64,000 bases of DNA from Trueperaceae bacterium (GTDB lineage Bacteria > Deinococcota > Deinococci > Deinococcales > Trueperaceae), in NCBI GenBank assembly GCA_965215565.1, contig CBDCDZ010000004.1, positions 1,536,001 through 1,600,000 on the forward strand. The letters run 5' to 3'. The notes under the pieces were generated by a model. It was not told the origin of the DNA, searched no databases, and saw only the letters and a list, made by a program, of their open reading frames with translations. Below, piece by piece: positions 48,535-58,554 of the stretch (its first letter is position 1; each line of letters begins with the position of its first letter). A program made the position numbers and the translations under genes.

Positions 48535-51500
48535 CTACGCCGCTTTCTGCTCAACACCTTCTACCATCTCGCCCCTTTCCATCTCCCTGACGATCTTCAC
48601 CGTCTCCACGCTCACCATGCAGACCCGTTTCAAGAGGTCAATGACCTCTTCCTTATAGTCCGCAAACCGATACGTATTGAACTTCTCGCGGATGGTGGGG
48701 TCACGCGGCTTTTTCTCTTTGTAGCGGTCTAGGACCCACTCGAGCGCCGAGCGGTTTCCCAACTTGTACTCCCACGCCTCAGACGGCACACCAGAGAGCA
48801 CCGTTTGAGAATCCAGCACAATCAGCCCCGCCTCCTTGTCCGCCTTGAGTTTCGCCTTGGGGTTCTTGACACTCTTTGCGTCGCTACGCTTCAAGGGATA
48901 AGGCAGAGCGGTTTCGTAGTTCAGGTGCAGACTCATCAACCTCTCGCCCCACGCGGCCCACTGCGCGAAGTCCTCGTAAAAGGGGATATGCGGGAACTCG
49001 CGCTTGAGGTTGAGTTCGTACTTTTTGCGGTATAGCGGGTTGTGCAAGACGCCGTAGGTGTAACAGAAGATAGCGGCGTTCTCCTTGACGTTGAGGAGTT
49101 GCGCTTTCAGAGTCGAGAGCTGATGCTCTAACCGGATTTTTTCACCGTTTCCGTCCTCGAGCCTCAACCTCTCGGCGACCTCTTCGATTTTTGCCTCGAG
49201 CGCTGCGTAATGTTCTTGCACGACTTTGAGTTTGGGTAGCTCGAGTTCTTCAGCAAAATCGTCGCCGTAGTGTTCCCGAAATCTCTTCAGTCCCCAGCCC
49301 GTGATGTTGTCTAGGCGGTTGCCTTTATTGTCGTAGCGGTAGAGAGGGAGGCATTGAGTTTTCTCGAGCAAATCAAGACTGCATACCTCATTCGTCACCA
49401 AAGCAGAAAAGGGTTTGGAAGAACTGATACCCGAAAATGCAATGACCAAATTTTCACCTTCAAAGATTGACGGCATTTGGTACTGTCTTTCATTAAACTC
49501 AGAAGCGAAATACAACTTTTGCTTGAGATAAGGTCTATACAAACACGTTTTAACATTCTGCCGTTCGAAGCTATATTTTTCACCTCTAAGCAGGTTCTTT
49601 TTAAGGTCCTCTGCCCATTTTATCGAGTAATCGACCTTATCACTTATTGTTTGCATACTGACTTTGCCGTGAAGACGCTCAACATCTTTGTTATAAACGT
49701 CGAAGAAAAAGCGCACTTTGGTTTCTAAATGCTCTAGCGAAAAATCGTATGCCCAATCGTCGCGATTAGTCGAAACCCCTAGAGAATAAAGTTTGAAGAT
49801 AGCTTGTTCTTCACTGCTGCTTTTGGCAGATTTGGTTTCTTTTGTCGCAACCGGAAGAAGACTATCCCAGTCGTTTTTCGTTTGGTTTATCCAAATAGAG
49901 TATTTATCTGGCGTGACGTGCTTGAATGGAATTTGCCTAAAGTTTGTAGCATTTACCCACTGCAACTTCTCTCTTGCTGTTTCCATTTCAGGGCGGCGCA
50001 TGTAGTACACGTTGGCTTCGCCCTCTTGCGCTTCTCGCTTGACGAAAAAGACGATGGCTACCCCTGTTTGAATGCCGAAAACATTGTGTGTAGTGCCGGA
50101 AAGTTTCGGATTAGCGCGAACGTCTCCGCCTAAATCTACGATGTAAATAACTCTGAACTCTTCCGCCACAACTTTTCTAAAACCATCAAAGATGCGTGAG
50201 TCTATAAATGAGCGGTTGACAATATAAGCAACAACGCCGTTTTCACCTACGCGGTCACTCGCCCAGCGTATAAAGCGCGAGTACATGTCATAAATCTTCG
50301 TCAAGTTTTGCGCCTTGCTGTGTTTGACATATGTATCTTTTATGCGCTCGTCAATAAACGGATAGGGGCGGTTCTTATTATTCTCGTTTTCGTTGAGCTG
50401 ACTCGAGTTATACGGCGGATTCCCAATAATCACCGAAATCTTGTTCTTGTTCTGCCGCTTGATGCGCTCCAAGTTCTCAGCGGTCAACTCGAACATGCTG
50501 AACTGACCTTCCGAGCCGACGTAGTTGAGGTTTTCCAGGGTGTCTACAAAGGCGATGTTTTCAAACTCGGCGTAGTGGCTCATCTTCTGCTGATAGGTGT
50601 ATTCGATGTTGAGGTTCGCGGTGTAGTAGGGCAGCAGCGCGACCTCATTGCAGAAGAGTTCGTGGGCGTACTTGTGTTTGAGCTGGTGCTTGGGCAGATA
50701 TTCGATAATCTCGGTGATGAACGTGCCGGTTCCGGTGGCGGGGTCTAAGATGTTCACGCCTTCGTCGCCTAAAAACTTGCCGAAGTGCTTGTGGGTGAGG
50801 TGGTCGGCGGCTTCGATCATGAAGCGGACGATTTCGTTGGGCGTGTAGACGATGCCCAAGCGGTCAGCAGCGGCGGGGTTGTAGGCTTTGTAGAAGTTTT
50901 CGTAAACGACCTTTAAGAACTTCTGCTTTTCGTGGTGGTTGGCGATGTTCGCCGCCGCCGCTTTAATCACGTTGTAGTAGGGCTCGACTTTGAGGAGCGC
51001 GTTGCGGCGCAGGGCTCCGGTAAAAAAGGTCTCGGTGACTTTGTAAAGCTCGCGGGCGATGTTGTTCTCACGGTGGAAGTGGCTGTCGTTAAAGGCCGAG
51101 GTGAAGATGCCTTCGGTCAGGATGTGCTGAATGACCATCTCGCGCACGTCTTCTAAACCCAAATGCGGGTTGATAGCTTTTTGCGTGAGGTCTAGCAAGC
51201 GGTTGCGCTGGGTGATAAAGTCGCTGTTCGCTGACGCTTGATCTTCAATCACCTTGCGAAGTTCGCCCAGCAGGTCAGGTATGTCGAGCTTGAACTTCTC
51301 AATCGCGTCGCGGAAGGTCTTAACGCTCGGCGGCTCGTAGCTGACGAACTGGCTCAGGAGCGCGTTTAAGGTCTCGGCGTCTTCAACGACGGCGAGCCCG
51401 ACCTCTTGTCCGTTTTGATAGAGAAGGACCTGCTGCGTATCATCGAAGAGGATATTGGTGTTGGGGTAGCCCTTCTGAAACTTCTTATCGACCTCTTCGT

Positions 51501-51759
51501 ACAGATCATCGTACTGGTCTTTGCTCTCCCAGTAGCCGCGGTCTTGGCGCAAGGCATCCTTGAGCGTGCCATCGGGGTAGACAGCGACGCCGCCCGCGCG
51601 GTACTCGAGTTCGGCAATCAACTCTAAGCTCTGCGTGCGGGCGTAGCCTTCTAAGAGTTGATAAAAAGCGTTGCGAAGGCTTTGTTCGTTGCGCGAGCCG
51701 CCGTACTGGATGTAGCGCTCGACTTTGCTGCGGTATTGGTTGATAAGTTGCAGGGACAC
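48535..51759 (-). CDS. Single-chain restriction-modification enzyme (N6-adenine MTase plus type ISP-like specificity C-terminus, no helicase)
   Basis: N-terminal YPDG...WESKD nuclease-like motif, GIVYTP, LDPATGTGTF, GNPPY, C-terminal ELNLKREFP.IP / GNRSALEWV. Confidence 0.85.
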   Translation of the reverse strand: MSLQLINQYRSKVERYIQYGGSRNEQSLRNAFYQLLEGYARTQSLELIAELEYRAGGVAVYPDGTLKDALRQDRGYWESKDQYDDLYEEVDKKFQKGYPNTNILFDDTQQVLLYQNGQEVGLAVVEDAETLNALLSQFVSYEPPSVKTFRDAIEKFKLDIPDLLGELRKVIEDQASANSDFITQRNRLLDLTQKAINPHLGLEDVREMVIQHILTEGIFTSAFNDSHFHRENNIARELYKVTETFFTGALRRNALLKVEPYYNVIKAAAANIANHHEKQKFLKVVYENFYKAYNPAAADRLGIVYTPNEIVRFMIEAADHLTHKHFGKFLGDEGVNILDPATGTGTFITEIIEYLPKHQLKHKYAHELFCNEVALLPYYTANLNIEYTYQQKMSHYAEFENIAFVDTLENLNYVGSEGQFSMFELTAENLERIKRQNKNKISVIIGNPPYNSSQLNENENNKNRPYPFIDERIKDTYVKHSKAQNLTKIYDMYSRFIRWASDRVGENGVVAYIVNRSFIDSRIFDGFRKVVAEEFRVIYIVDLGGDVRANPKLSGTTHNVFGIQTGVAIVFFVKREAQEGEANVYYMRRPEMETAREKLQWVNATNFRQIPFKHVTPDKYSIWINQTKNDWDSLLPVATKETKSAKSSSEEQAIFKLYSLGVSTNRDDWAYDFSLEHLETKVRFFFDVYNKDVERLHGKVSMQTISDKVDYSIKWAEDLKKNLLRGEKYSFERQNVKTCLYRPYLKQKLYFASEFNERQYQMPSIFEGENLVIAFSGISSSKPFSALVTNEVCSLDLLEKTQCLPLYRYDNKGNRLDNITGWGLKRFREHYGDDFAEELELPKLKVVQEHYAALEAKIEEVAERLRLEDGNGEKIRLEHQLSTLKAQLLNVKENAAIFCYTYGVLHNPLYRKKYELNLKREFPHIPFYEDFAQWAAWGERLMSLHLNYETALPYPLKRSDAKSVKNPKAKLKADKEAGLIVLDSQTVLSGVPSEAWEYKLGNRSALEWVLDRYKEKKPRDPTIREKFNTYRFADYKEEVIDLLKRVCMVSVETVKIVREMERGEMVEGVEQKAA

Positions 51760-51939
51760 AAAGTTATGCTATTTATGAACCCTGTATTAAGCAGAGAGAT
51801 TTTTCGCGGGTAGTAAATTATCTTTCCTCTTTTTTCGCTCAAGTCGTATTATTTACACTCGCATTGTTCATATGCAGTCCTGATCATCGCCCTATCTTTT
51901 CGCTCTGCCGCGTTTGTAAACTTACTAGCTACGCGGTCT

Positions 51940-52722
51940 CTAAGTCACATCTTTTTCAGAACGCCTAGACGAAAACAGCAACATATATCCCAGGCGGGCG
52001 AGGATAACGATGAGCAAAATGGTCACTAAAATGGATGTCGAAACCATCCAAATCACGTAATACTTGATGAGCCGAAACGCTGTAGGGAAAGCGTCCGCAA
52101 CCGTGTCTACTACACCTGAGCCAACTTGTACCGGGACGTGCTGCGTTACTCTGTTCATAACAGCGCGGCGGACGCTGTCGAGCACCCCCGTCGCCACCTC
52201 TAGCTCTGGCACTGGTAGAGGTACGGGCTCGAGCCGCTCAGGTGCGCCTGAACTATCCGTCTCTTGCGCTGGCTCGGTGAGGTTGGTCGCGGGCACATTC
52301 TGGACGATATTAGACGCTCTATCTGTCCACTGCTGCAAACAACGCGCCGACGCGGGCGCGACCTCTTTTACGCCTTGCCAGCCTTTTGTGACACTCGAGG
52401 CCGCACCCGACGCCAGGGCGCTTGCACCTTCGCGCCACTCGAGCGCTCTGACGCGGTTCGCCTGTTCTCCAAGCGACTGCACCGCTTTACCGGGTTGAAT
52501 TTTAGAGAGGTCTCTCAGTTTGGGGGTCTCGAGTTCGCTTAGATTGCGGTTAAGCCTCTGCGCATCCTTTTGAAATGCTTGCGCCGTGCCGCCGACACTT
52601 TGACGAAGCTCTGCAGCGCTGAAGTCAGGGCACGCTTCAGCAGGCGTTTCCGCTTGCGCTGCGCCCACCCCCGTGTAGAGCAACAGGCTGAGCAGGAGCA
52701 GCGTGCGGGTTAGCTTGACCAT
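51940..52722 (-). CDS. Hypothetical exported protein with C-terminal TM anchor
   Basis: Signal peptide and C-terminal hydrophobic helix. Confidence 0.65.
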   Translation of the reverse strand: MVKLTRTLLLLSLLLYTGVGAAQAETPAEACPDFSAAELRQSVGGTAQAFQKDAQRLNRNLSELETPKLRDLSKIQPGKAVQSLGEQANRVRALEWREGASALASGAASSVTKGWQGVKEVAPASARCLQQWTDRASNIVQNVPATNLTEPAQETDSSGAPERLEPVPLPVPELEVATGVLDSVRRAVMNRVTQHVPVQVGSGVVDTVADAFPTAFRLIKYYVIWMVSTSILVTILLIVILARLGYMLLFSSRRSEKDVT

Positions 52723-52872
52723 AGTGATTTAACTGTACACCTTGGGAGATGGGTTGAAGGTTGGGTGGCTCGAGCTTCAACCTCTTAGGCGCTCGGACAA
52801 GTCAAATCAGAACCGCCTAGAAGCCCCCGCACACCACATAGCATAGCGGCGGATACAGGTCATAATATAGAT

Positions 52873-54537
52873 ATGCAATCTACGAATGAGCAGGCTCAAA
52901 AAGCCGTTATCATTGGCTCGGGCATCGGCGGTTTGGCGCTCGGAATTCGCTTGCAAAGCTTGGGATTCGAGACGACGATTCTGGAGAAGCTCGACGGTCC
53001 CGGTGGACGCGCCTACGTGAAGCGCGCGGAGGGCTTCACCTTCGACATGGGACCGACGGTCTTGACGGTGCCACACTTTATCGAGGAGTTATTCGCCCTA
53101 GAGCGCGGCGCGGCGGCGCTCAGCGAGCCCGACTTTCCGCCGCACACCCTCGCCGGCGAGCGCATCAAAGAAGGCGTCAGCGGCGGACCCGCTACCTCAC
53201 AGTACGCCCAAATCGTCCCCATACTCCCCTTCTACCGCATCTACTTCGACGACGGCACCTTCTTCGACTACGACGGCGACCCGGAGGGGACGCGGCGGCA
53301 GATCAAGGAGCTTGCGCCAGAAGATTTAGAGGGCTATGAGAGGTTCCACGAGGCGGCGAAGGCGATCTTCGAGCGAGGCTTTTTGGAGCTTGGCTACACC
53401 TATTTCGGCAACATCCCCTCGATGCTGCGCGTCGTGCCCGACTTGCTGCGCTTAGACGCGGTGCGCCCGCTCTTTTCGCTCGTCAAGAAGTACTTCAAAT
53501 CGGACAAGATGCGTCAGGTCTTCTCCTTCGAACCCCTTCTCGTCGGCGGCAACCCGCTTAAAGTCCCGGCAATTTACGCGATGATTCACTTTGTCGAGAA
53601 GACCTGGGGTATTCACTTCGCAATGGGCGGCACGGGCGCGTTGGTGGAAGGGTTTGTCAAAAAGTTCGAGGAGTTGGGCGGCGAAATCCGTTTTGATAGT
53701 GAAGTGGCGCGCATCGACGTGGTCAAAGAGGGCAAGAAGAAGGTGGCGAAGGGCGTGACGCTCGCAAGTGGCGAGAAGTTGGACGCTGACCTCGTCGTCT
53801 CTAACGGCGACTACGCCAGCACCTATTTGAACCTCATTGATAAGGAGCACCGCTTCTGGAACCGCGACATGGTGGTCAAAGCGCGCAAGCAGTCGATGTC
53901 TTTGTTCGTCATTTACTTCGGCTTCGAGGCTCCACCAGAACTCGATTTGCAGCACCACAACATCATCTTAGGTCCGCGTTACGAGGAACTCTTGACCGAC
54001 ATCTTCGACCGCAAGATTTTGGCGGAGGACTTCTCGCAGTACCTCCACATCCCGACGCTCACCGACCCCAGCCTTGCGCCGCCGGGACATCACGCGGCAT
54101 ATACGCTTGTCCCTGTACCGCATAAGGGCAGTGGTTTGGATTGGGACGCGCTCGGCGAGCCCTTCGCGGATAAGATTTTAAGTTTTTTAGATGAGCGGGG
54201 CTATGTTCCTGGTCTAAAAGAGCGGCTCGTCTATCAGAGCTTCGTCACGCCCGACTACTTCGAGGGAACGCTCAACTCTTACATGGGCAACGGCTTCGGC
54301 GTCGAGCCGGTGCTCGTGCAGTCCGCCTTTTTCCGTCCTCACAACCGCAGCGAAGACGTGAGCAACCTCTACTTAGTAGGCGCGAACGCGCAGCCGGGCG
54401 GCGGGACGCCCTCGGTGATGATGTCGGCGAAGATGACAGCCAGGGTTATCGCAAAAGATTTCGACGTGCCAGAAGAGGTCATGAGCGGTGTAGGGAAGCT
54501 CGAGCCCTCGAACCGCAAAGAGATGGTGGAGGCGTAA
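52873..54537 (+). CDS. crtI: Phytoene desaturase
   Basis: [44 protein letters not shown]. Confidence 0.9.
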   Translation: MQSTNEQAQKAVIIGSGIGGLALGIRLQSLGFETTILEKLDGPGGRAYVKRAEGFTFDMGPTVLTVPHFIEELFALERGAAALSEPDFPPHTLAGERIKEGVSGGPATSQYAQIVPILPFYRIYFDDGTFFDYDGDPEGTRRQIKELAPEDLEGYERFHEAAKAIFERGFLELGYTYFGNIPSMLRVVPDLLRLDAVRPLFSLVKKYFKSDKMRQVFSFEPLLVGGNPLKVPAIYAMIHFVEKTWGIHFAMGGTGALVEGFVKKFEELGGEIRFDSEVARIDVVKEGKKKVAKGVTLASGEKLDADLVVSNGDYASTYLNLIDKEHRFWNRDMVVKARKQSMSLFVIYFGFEAPPELDLQHHNIILGPRYEELLTDIFDRKILAEDFSQYLHIPTLTDPSLAPPGHHAAYTLVPVPHKGSGLDWDALGEPFADKILSFLDERGYVPGLKERLVYQSFVTPDYFEGTLNSYMGNGFGVEPVLVQSAFFRPHNRSEDVSNLYLVGANAQPGGGTPSVMMSAKMTARVIAKDFDVPEEVMSGVGKLEPSNRKEMVEA

Positions 54538-54782
54538 TACGGTTTCCGGGTGATTCTTACGGGAATTACCCCGAGCAAAGAGTCTTCAACAGCAGGTAGC
54601 ATCTGGTCATAGACGCAGTGCGTTAATAACGGCATGACACGCCCTGTTGAAGACTCCTAAGCGAGTTGAAAAGACTATGGATTCCGATGACTGTGGAATC
54701 AACTCCAGCGATAGCGAAGCACGCAGTGTCGGAGTTTATGTAGTAATCAATTGGAATCCGTGGGTTTAGGGGCGGGCTCGAG

Positions 54783-55712
54783 TCAAACCCCTTCCCTCCG
54801 AAGTTCCGCCACTACATCCCCCACACCCGAGCGAAACGACGGATAGCGCGGCTCCCAACCTAAAACCGTCTTAGCTTTCTCGTTCGAGACGCGAAACGAC
54901 GTGGTGAGCGACGCGACGACGGGACCGCCGATCATCAAGGCGATGAGCCAGGGCGGGATGCTGCCGACGTGCTTGTGCCCCGTCGCCTCGGTCAGCGCGT
55001 CTACCAATTCGCGCAAGCGGATGGGTTCGTCGTCCACAACGTTGAAGTTCTCGCCGTAAGCGCTCGAGGAGAGGGCTCCCAAAAAGCTCTGCGCCAAGTC
55101 GTCCACGTGAACCGTACTCCAGAAGTTCTCCCCCGCGCCGAACACGCGGAGCTGATTTTTCGTCAAGGTGTCGTAAAACGCTGACTTGAACAACCCGCCG
55201 GGACCGTAGACGAATCCCGCCGTGAGGATGATGACTTTGAGGTTCTTCCGGGTATGAAGGTCAGCCAGGTAGCGTACCATCGCGGCATGTCCTAAACCCA
55301 TCGGTGAAGGATCGAGCGGCGTCTCCTCGGTAATCCACTCGTCGCTGTGGTCGCCGTAACCGAAGCAGCCGTTGGTGTAGATAAGGTGTTTGTCATGCTC
55401 CAAGCAAGCCTCCGCCAGCGCAGAGGTCATCACCTCATCGGCGTGGTTGATCTGCGCGACTTTCCTCTGCGTCATGCGACCCGAGACGCCCAGTTGCGCG
55501 GCTTGGACCACGGCGTCGACCTCTCCGACTAAAGAGGTGTAGGTGCTGGGCTCCAACATCTCCCCCACCGCTACGCGCATCCCGGCGTCTTGCAGCGGTT
55601 CCGCTTTAGCCGGATTTCTGACCAATCCGGTCACGGTATGTCCTGCATTCAACAGAGCCTCGGCGGTAGCACTGCCCACGAACCCTGTTGCGCCTGTTAC
55701 GAGTACGTGCAT
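54783..55712 (-). CDS. NAD-dependent epimerase/dehydratase family protein
   Basis: VLVTGATGFVG, VHVDDLA. Confidence 0.88.
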   Translation of the reverse strand: MHVLVTGATGFVGSATAEALLNAGHTVTGLVRNPAKAEPLQDAGMRVAVGEMLEPSTYTSLVGEVDAVVQAAQLGVSGRMTQRKVAQINHADEVMTSALAEACLEHDKHLIYTNGCFGYGDHSDEWITEETPLDPSPMGLGHAAMVRYLADLHTRKNLKVIILTAGFVYGPGGLFKSAFYDTLTKNQLRVFGAGENFWSTVHVDDLAQSFLGALSSSAYGENFNVVDDEPIRLRELVDALTEATGHKHVGSIPPWLIALMIGGPVVASLTTSFRVSNEKAKTVLGWEPRYPSFRSGVGDVVAELRREGV

Positions 55713-55737
55713 AGGAGACCTCCCGCTGCTTGTATAC

Positions 55738-56952
55738 CTAATCCAACGTCACCTGGTCAAGCTCCTGCTGCCGCGCCGCTTCGCGCTCGAGCTGCTCGTC
55801 GCTCTTGAGCCACTGCGCCAGCCACGTCGTCACCTCGTCGTAGTAGCGAAACACCAAGCTACCGATGATGACCATCACGATGACGTAAAGCGAGGTCATC
55901 CCGGTGAGCGCCGCTCTCGTGCTTTCGGGTAGCATCGTCACGCCACCCGCGAGCCCGACGATCACGAGCGAAAACTCGCCTCTCGGCAAGAGCATGAGCC
56001 CGTGCCCGATGCTGCCGCGCTGACTCAAGCCGCTGAGCCGCCCTGAGACGTAAGCCGTGAACATATTGACAACTATAGTGACGGCGACTAAAAGGAGCGC
56101 CGCGGGCAGTTGACTCAACGCGCTCACGACATTCACGTGCAGGCCGAAGTCGAGGAAAAAAGCGGCGGCGGCGACGTCGTACCAAGGGTGAAGGGTCTCT
56201 TCCAAGCGGTCTTTGAAGGGCGAGTCCGCGATAAGCATCCCTAAAAGAAAGGCGGCGACGGCTTCGGGAAAGCCTAAGCTCTTCGCGCCGATGGAGAAGA
56301 GCACAACGAGCGCGAGCGCTAAGAGTACCAGCGATTCCCCTTCACGGCTAAAAAGTCGCTCTAAAACCGGACGCCCGAAGCGCAGCAGCAAGAGGTAGAG
56401 CACGAGGAAGATACCGACGCCTGCAAAGTCCGCGAGCCCGCCGCCCGCCGTGATAATTCCTAAGCCGCCCAAGATGATAACCATCGCCAAATCTTCATAG
56501 ACGAGCACGCCCAAAGTCCGCTCCGCTTCGGGGTAGGCGATGAGGTTGCGCTCGGCTAAAAGTTTGGCGATAACGCCTGAGGACGAGATATAGACGATGC
56601 CGCCCAAAAAGAGCGCCGCCAGCCAGCCGAAGCCGAAAAGAAGCCCGAGAGAAAAGCCCGCCGCGAAGTTGAGCAGGTCTATGCTGCCCGCGAGCGTCAT
56701 CGACTTGCCGCCCTCTAAAAAGCGGGGCAAGGAGAACTCGAGCCCCATGTAAAAGAGCAGCAAGATGATCCCGAGTTCGGCGAGCATCGCCGTGATTTCC
56801 GTAGTTTCGTAGACGGTCACGACGCCATAAGGACCCAAGAGCAGCCCGAGCACGATGTAACCGACGATGCTGGACAAACCGATCTTTTGACTGATCCAAT
56901 GGGCAACGTAAAGCCCTACCGCGATAAAACCTAACTCTAAAATAGGGGTCAA
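55738..56952 (-). CDS. khtU: CPA2 cation:proton antiporter (KhtU-like)
   Basis: LLFYMGLEFS, LVYEDL, LPRGEFSLVI. Confidence 0.82.
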   Translation of the reverse strand: MTPILELGFIAVGLYVAHWISQKIGLSSIVGYIVLGLLLGPYGVVTVYETTEITAMLAELGIILLLFYMGLEFSLPRFLEGGKSMTLAGSIDLLNFAAGFSLGLLFGFGWLAALFLGGIVYISSSGVIAKLLAERNLIAYPEAERTLGVLVYEDLAMVIILGGLGIITAGGGLADFAGVGIFLVLYLLLLRFGRPVLERLFSREGESLVLLALALVVLFSIGAKSLGFPEAVAAFLLGMLIADSPFKDRLEETLHPWYDVAAAAFFLDFGLHVNVVSALSQLPAALLLVAVTIVVNMFTAYVSGRLSGLSQRGSIGHGLMLLPRGEFSLVIVGLAGGVTMLPESTRAALTGMTSLYVIVMVIIGSLVFRYYDEVTTWLAQWLKSDEQLEREAARQQELDQVTLD

Positions 56953-57267
56953 TGGAACCTCTTTTCGGTTGTGACAAAAGGGTAACGAAGGACGCTACAC
57001 CTCTTCTTACCTTTACTTAGAAGAGGTCAGCGTATCCCTGTTCGCCGTTCTCAAGGCTCAACAACTTATACGGAATTGCACAACTCACTTATCCTTGCTG
57101 AGAGCGTTGCTTCGCCCAGCGGGAGCAGAGCGACTTTACTTCGTGCATAGAGCTTTTCAGCGACTCAGCTTTAGCTAGCGGACCGGGCAGAGTTTACGTC
57201 CCATCCGTGAAGGGCGTGACTTAGTTTTGCAAACCAAGTCACGCAACCTCGTATTACCAGCCTGGAA

Positions 57268-57777
57268 CTACTCGCTTTCGATAAGCTCGCGAGCCGCGCC
57301 GGTTTGAGCGTGTGAGCCGATGAGCAGTACCGTGTCGTGCACCTCGAATTCCGTGTCCACATCGGGGTTGGGGATGGCTTGCTCGCTACGCATAATCGCG
57401 ACGATGGACGCGCCCGTTTCGGTGCGCAGCGGGAAGTTGTTGAGCGTGCGCCCGACGAGGGGTGAACCGGACTTGAGTTCGACCCACTCGATCTCCATCT
57501 CGCCCAGGGCGAGTTCTAACTTCTCTAAGTCGGGCGCGGTGACCATCGGTCTACCTAAGAGGTTGGAAATCTGCTGCGCCTCCTCGTCGTCCACTTTGAT
57601 GACGTCGCAGGGGCGGTCTTCGTCCTCTAGAAAGTGGTACATCTGCCGCTCGCCGTCCGGCTTGATGATGACCGCCAAGTTGCCGCCCGTACGCAGGGGC
57701 ATGACGTACTTCTTGCCGACGCCCGGCAGGGTGGCTTCGCGGATGTGGATGTCTTCTTGGGTGGTAACTTTTGCCAT
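57268..57777 (-). CDS. khtT: K+/H+ antiporter regulatory subunit with TrkA-C/RCK domain
   Basis: IREATLPGVGKKY...LRTETGASIVAI.R...PNP. Confidence 0.85.
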   Translation of the reverse strand: MAKVTTQEDIHIREATLPGVGKKYVMPLRTGGNLAVIIKPDGERQMYHFLEDEDRPCDVIKVDDEEAQQISNLLGRPMVTAPDLEKLELALGEMEIEWVELKSGSPLVGRTLNNFPLRTETGASIVAIMRSEQAIPNPDVDTEFEVHDTVLLIGSHAQTGAARELIESE

Positions 57778-57893
57778 ACCTCTATTGTAGAGGTTCTGAA
57801 GCGCTGTGACCTTACATCCGACTTACACAGAAGCAGCAATCCAGTCAAGCTGGTGTACGTCAGTCCTCGCGTAGTGAACGAACGGTGAGTTGC

Positions 57894-57947
57894 GAGCAAC
57901 GAGCAATGAGTGAAAAGCCTTTGAATTTCACTCATTGCTCGTTGCTC
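57894..57947. repeat. 22-bp perfect inverted repeat built from heptamers
   Basis: GAGCAACGAGCAATGAGTGAAA-N10-TTTCACTCATTGCTCGTTGCTC. Confidence 0.75.
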
Positions 57948-58062
57948 ATTGCTTTCAACTATCCTAGCCTCCCCCGTGTGCGCAGCGTCACGCCCTGGGT
58001 AAAAAACTTTACTCACACCAGGTGAAGTTTTCCAGTTAAAAGGGTGAAGACTACGTGCTACA

Positions 58063-58554
58063 TTGCCCATTATGCTGTTAAGACCCAACTTTATCGTCGA
58101 CAAGGTCTCGGAGGTGACGCCTGGATTCTTGCGCGAGCGGGGCATCCGGGCGGTCATGGTGGACCTGGACGACACGCTCGTCGCAGGGGGCGCTACCACT
58201 TTGGACCCTACTTTCACCTCTTGGTTGCACGCCCTCAAAGCGGCGCGTCTACCTGTCCTTATCTTGAGCAACGGCTCCAGGGCGCGCGTTGCGCAGTGGT
58301 CCCAGAACTTGGGTGTCTTAGGTCTATCCCTCGTCGGCAAGCCCTTCACCTTCGCCTTTCGGCGCGGACTGCGGCGCTTGGGCAGCCAGGCAAGCGAGAC
58401 GGCGATGATCGGTGACCAGCTCTTCACCGACGTTTTAGGCGCGAACTTGATAGGGATGACCTCGATTTTAGTGACGCCACTCTCGCCGGGAAAACTCTTG
58501 CACACCAGACTGCTTAGACACTTAGAAACGCGCATCTTGAGAGGAGACGCCTGA
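58063..58554 (+). CDS. YqeG-family HAD IIIA phosphatase
   Basis: DLDDTL, ILSN, MIGDQLFTDVLGAN. Confidence 0.9.
   Translation: MPIMLLRPNFIVDKVSEVTPGFLRERGIRAVMVDLDDTLVAGGATTLDPTFTSWLHALKAARLPVLILSNGSRARVAQWSQNLGVLGLSLVGKPFTFAFRRGLRRLGSQASETAMIGDQLFTDVLGANLIGMTSILVTPLSPGKLLHTRLLRHLETRILRGDA

Noticed and set aside
56953..57267. c-di-AMP (ydaO) riboswitch near the K+ antiporter genes
   Set aside because: Consensus elements not recognisable by eye.
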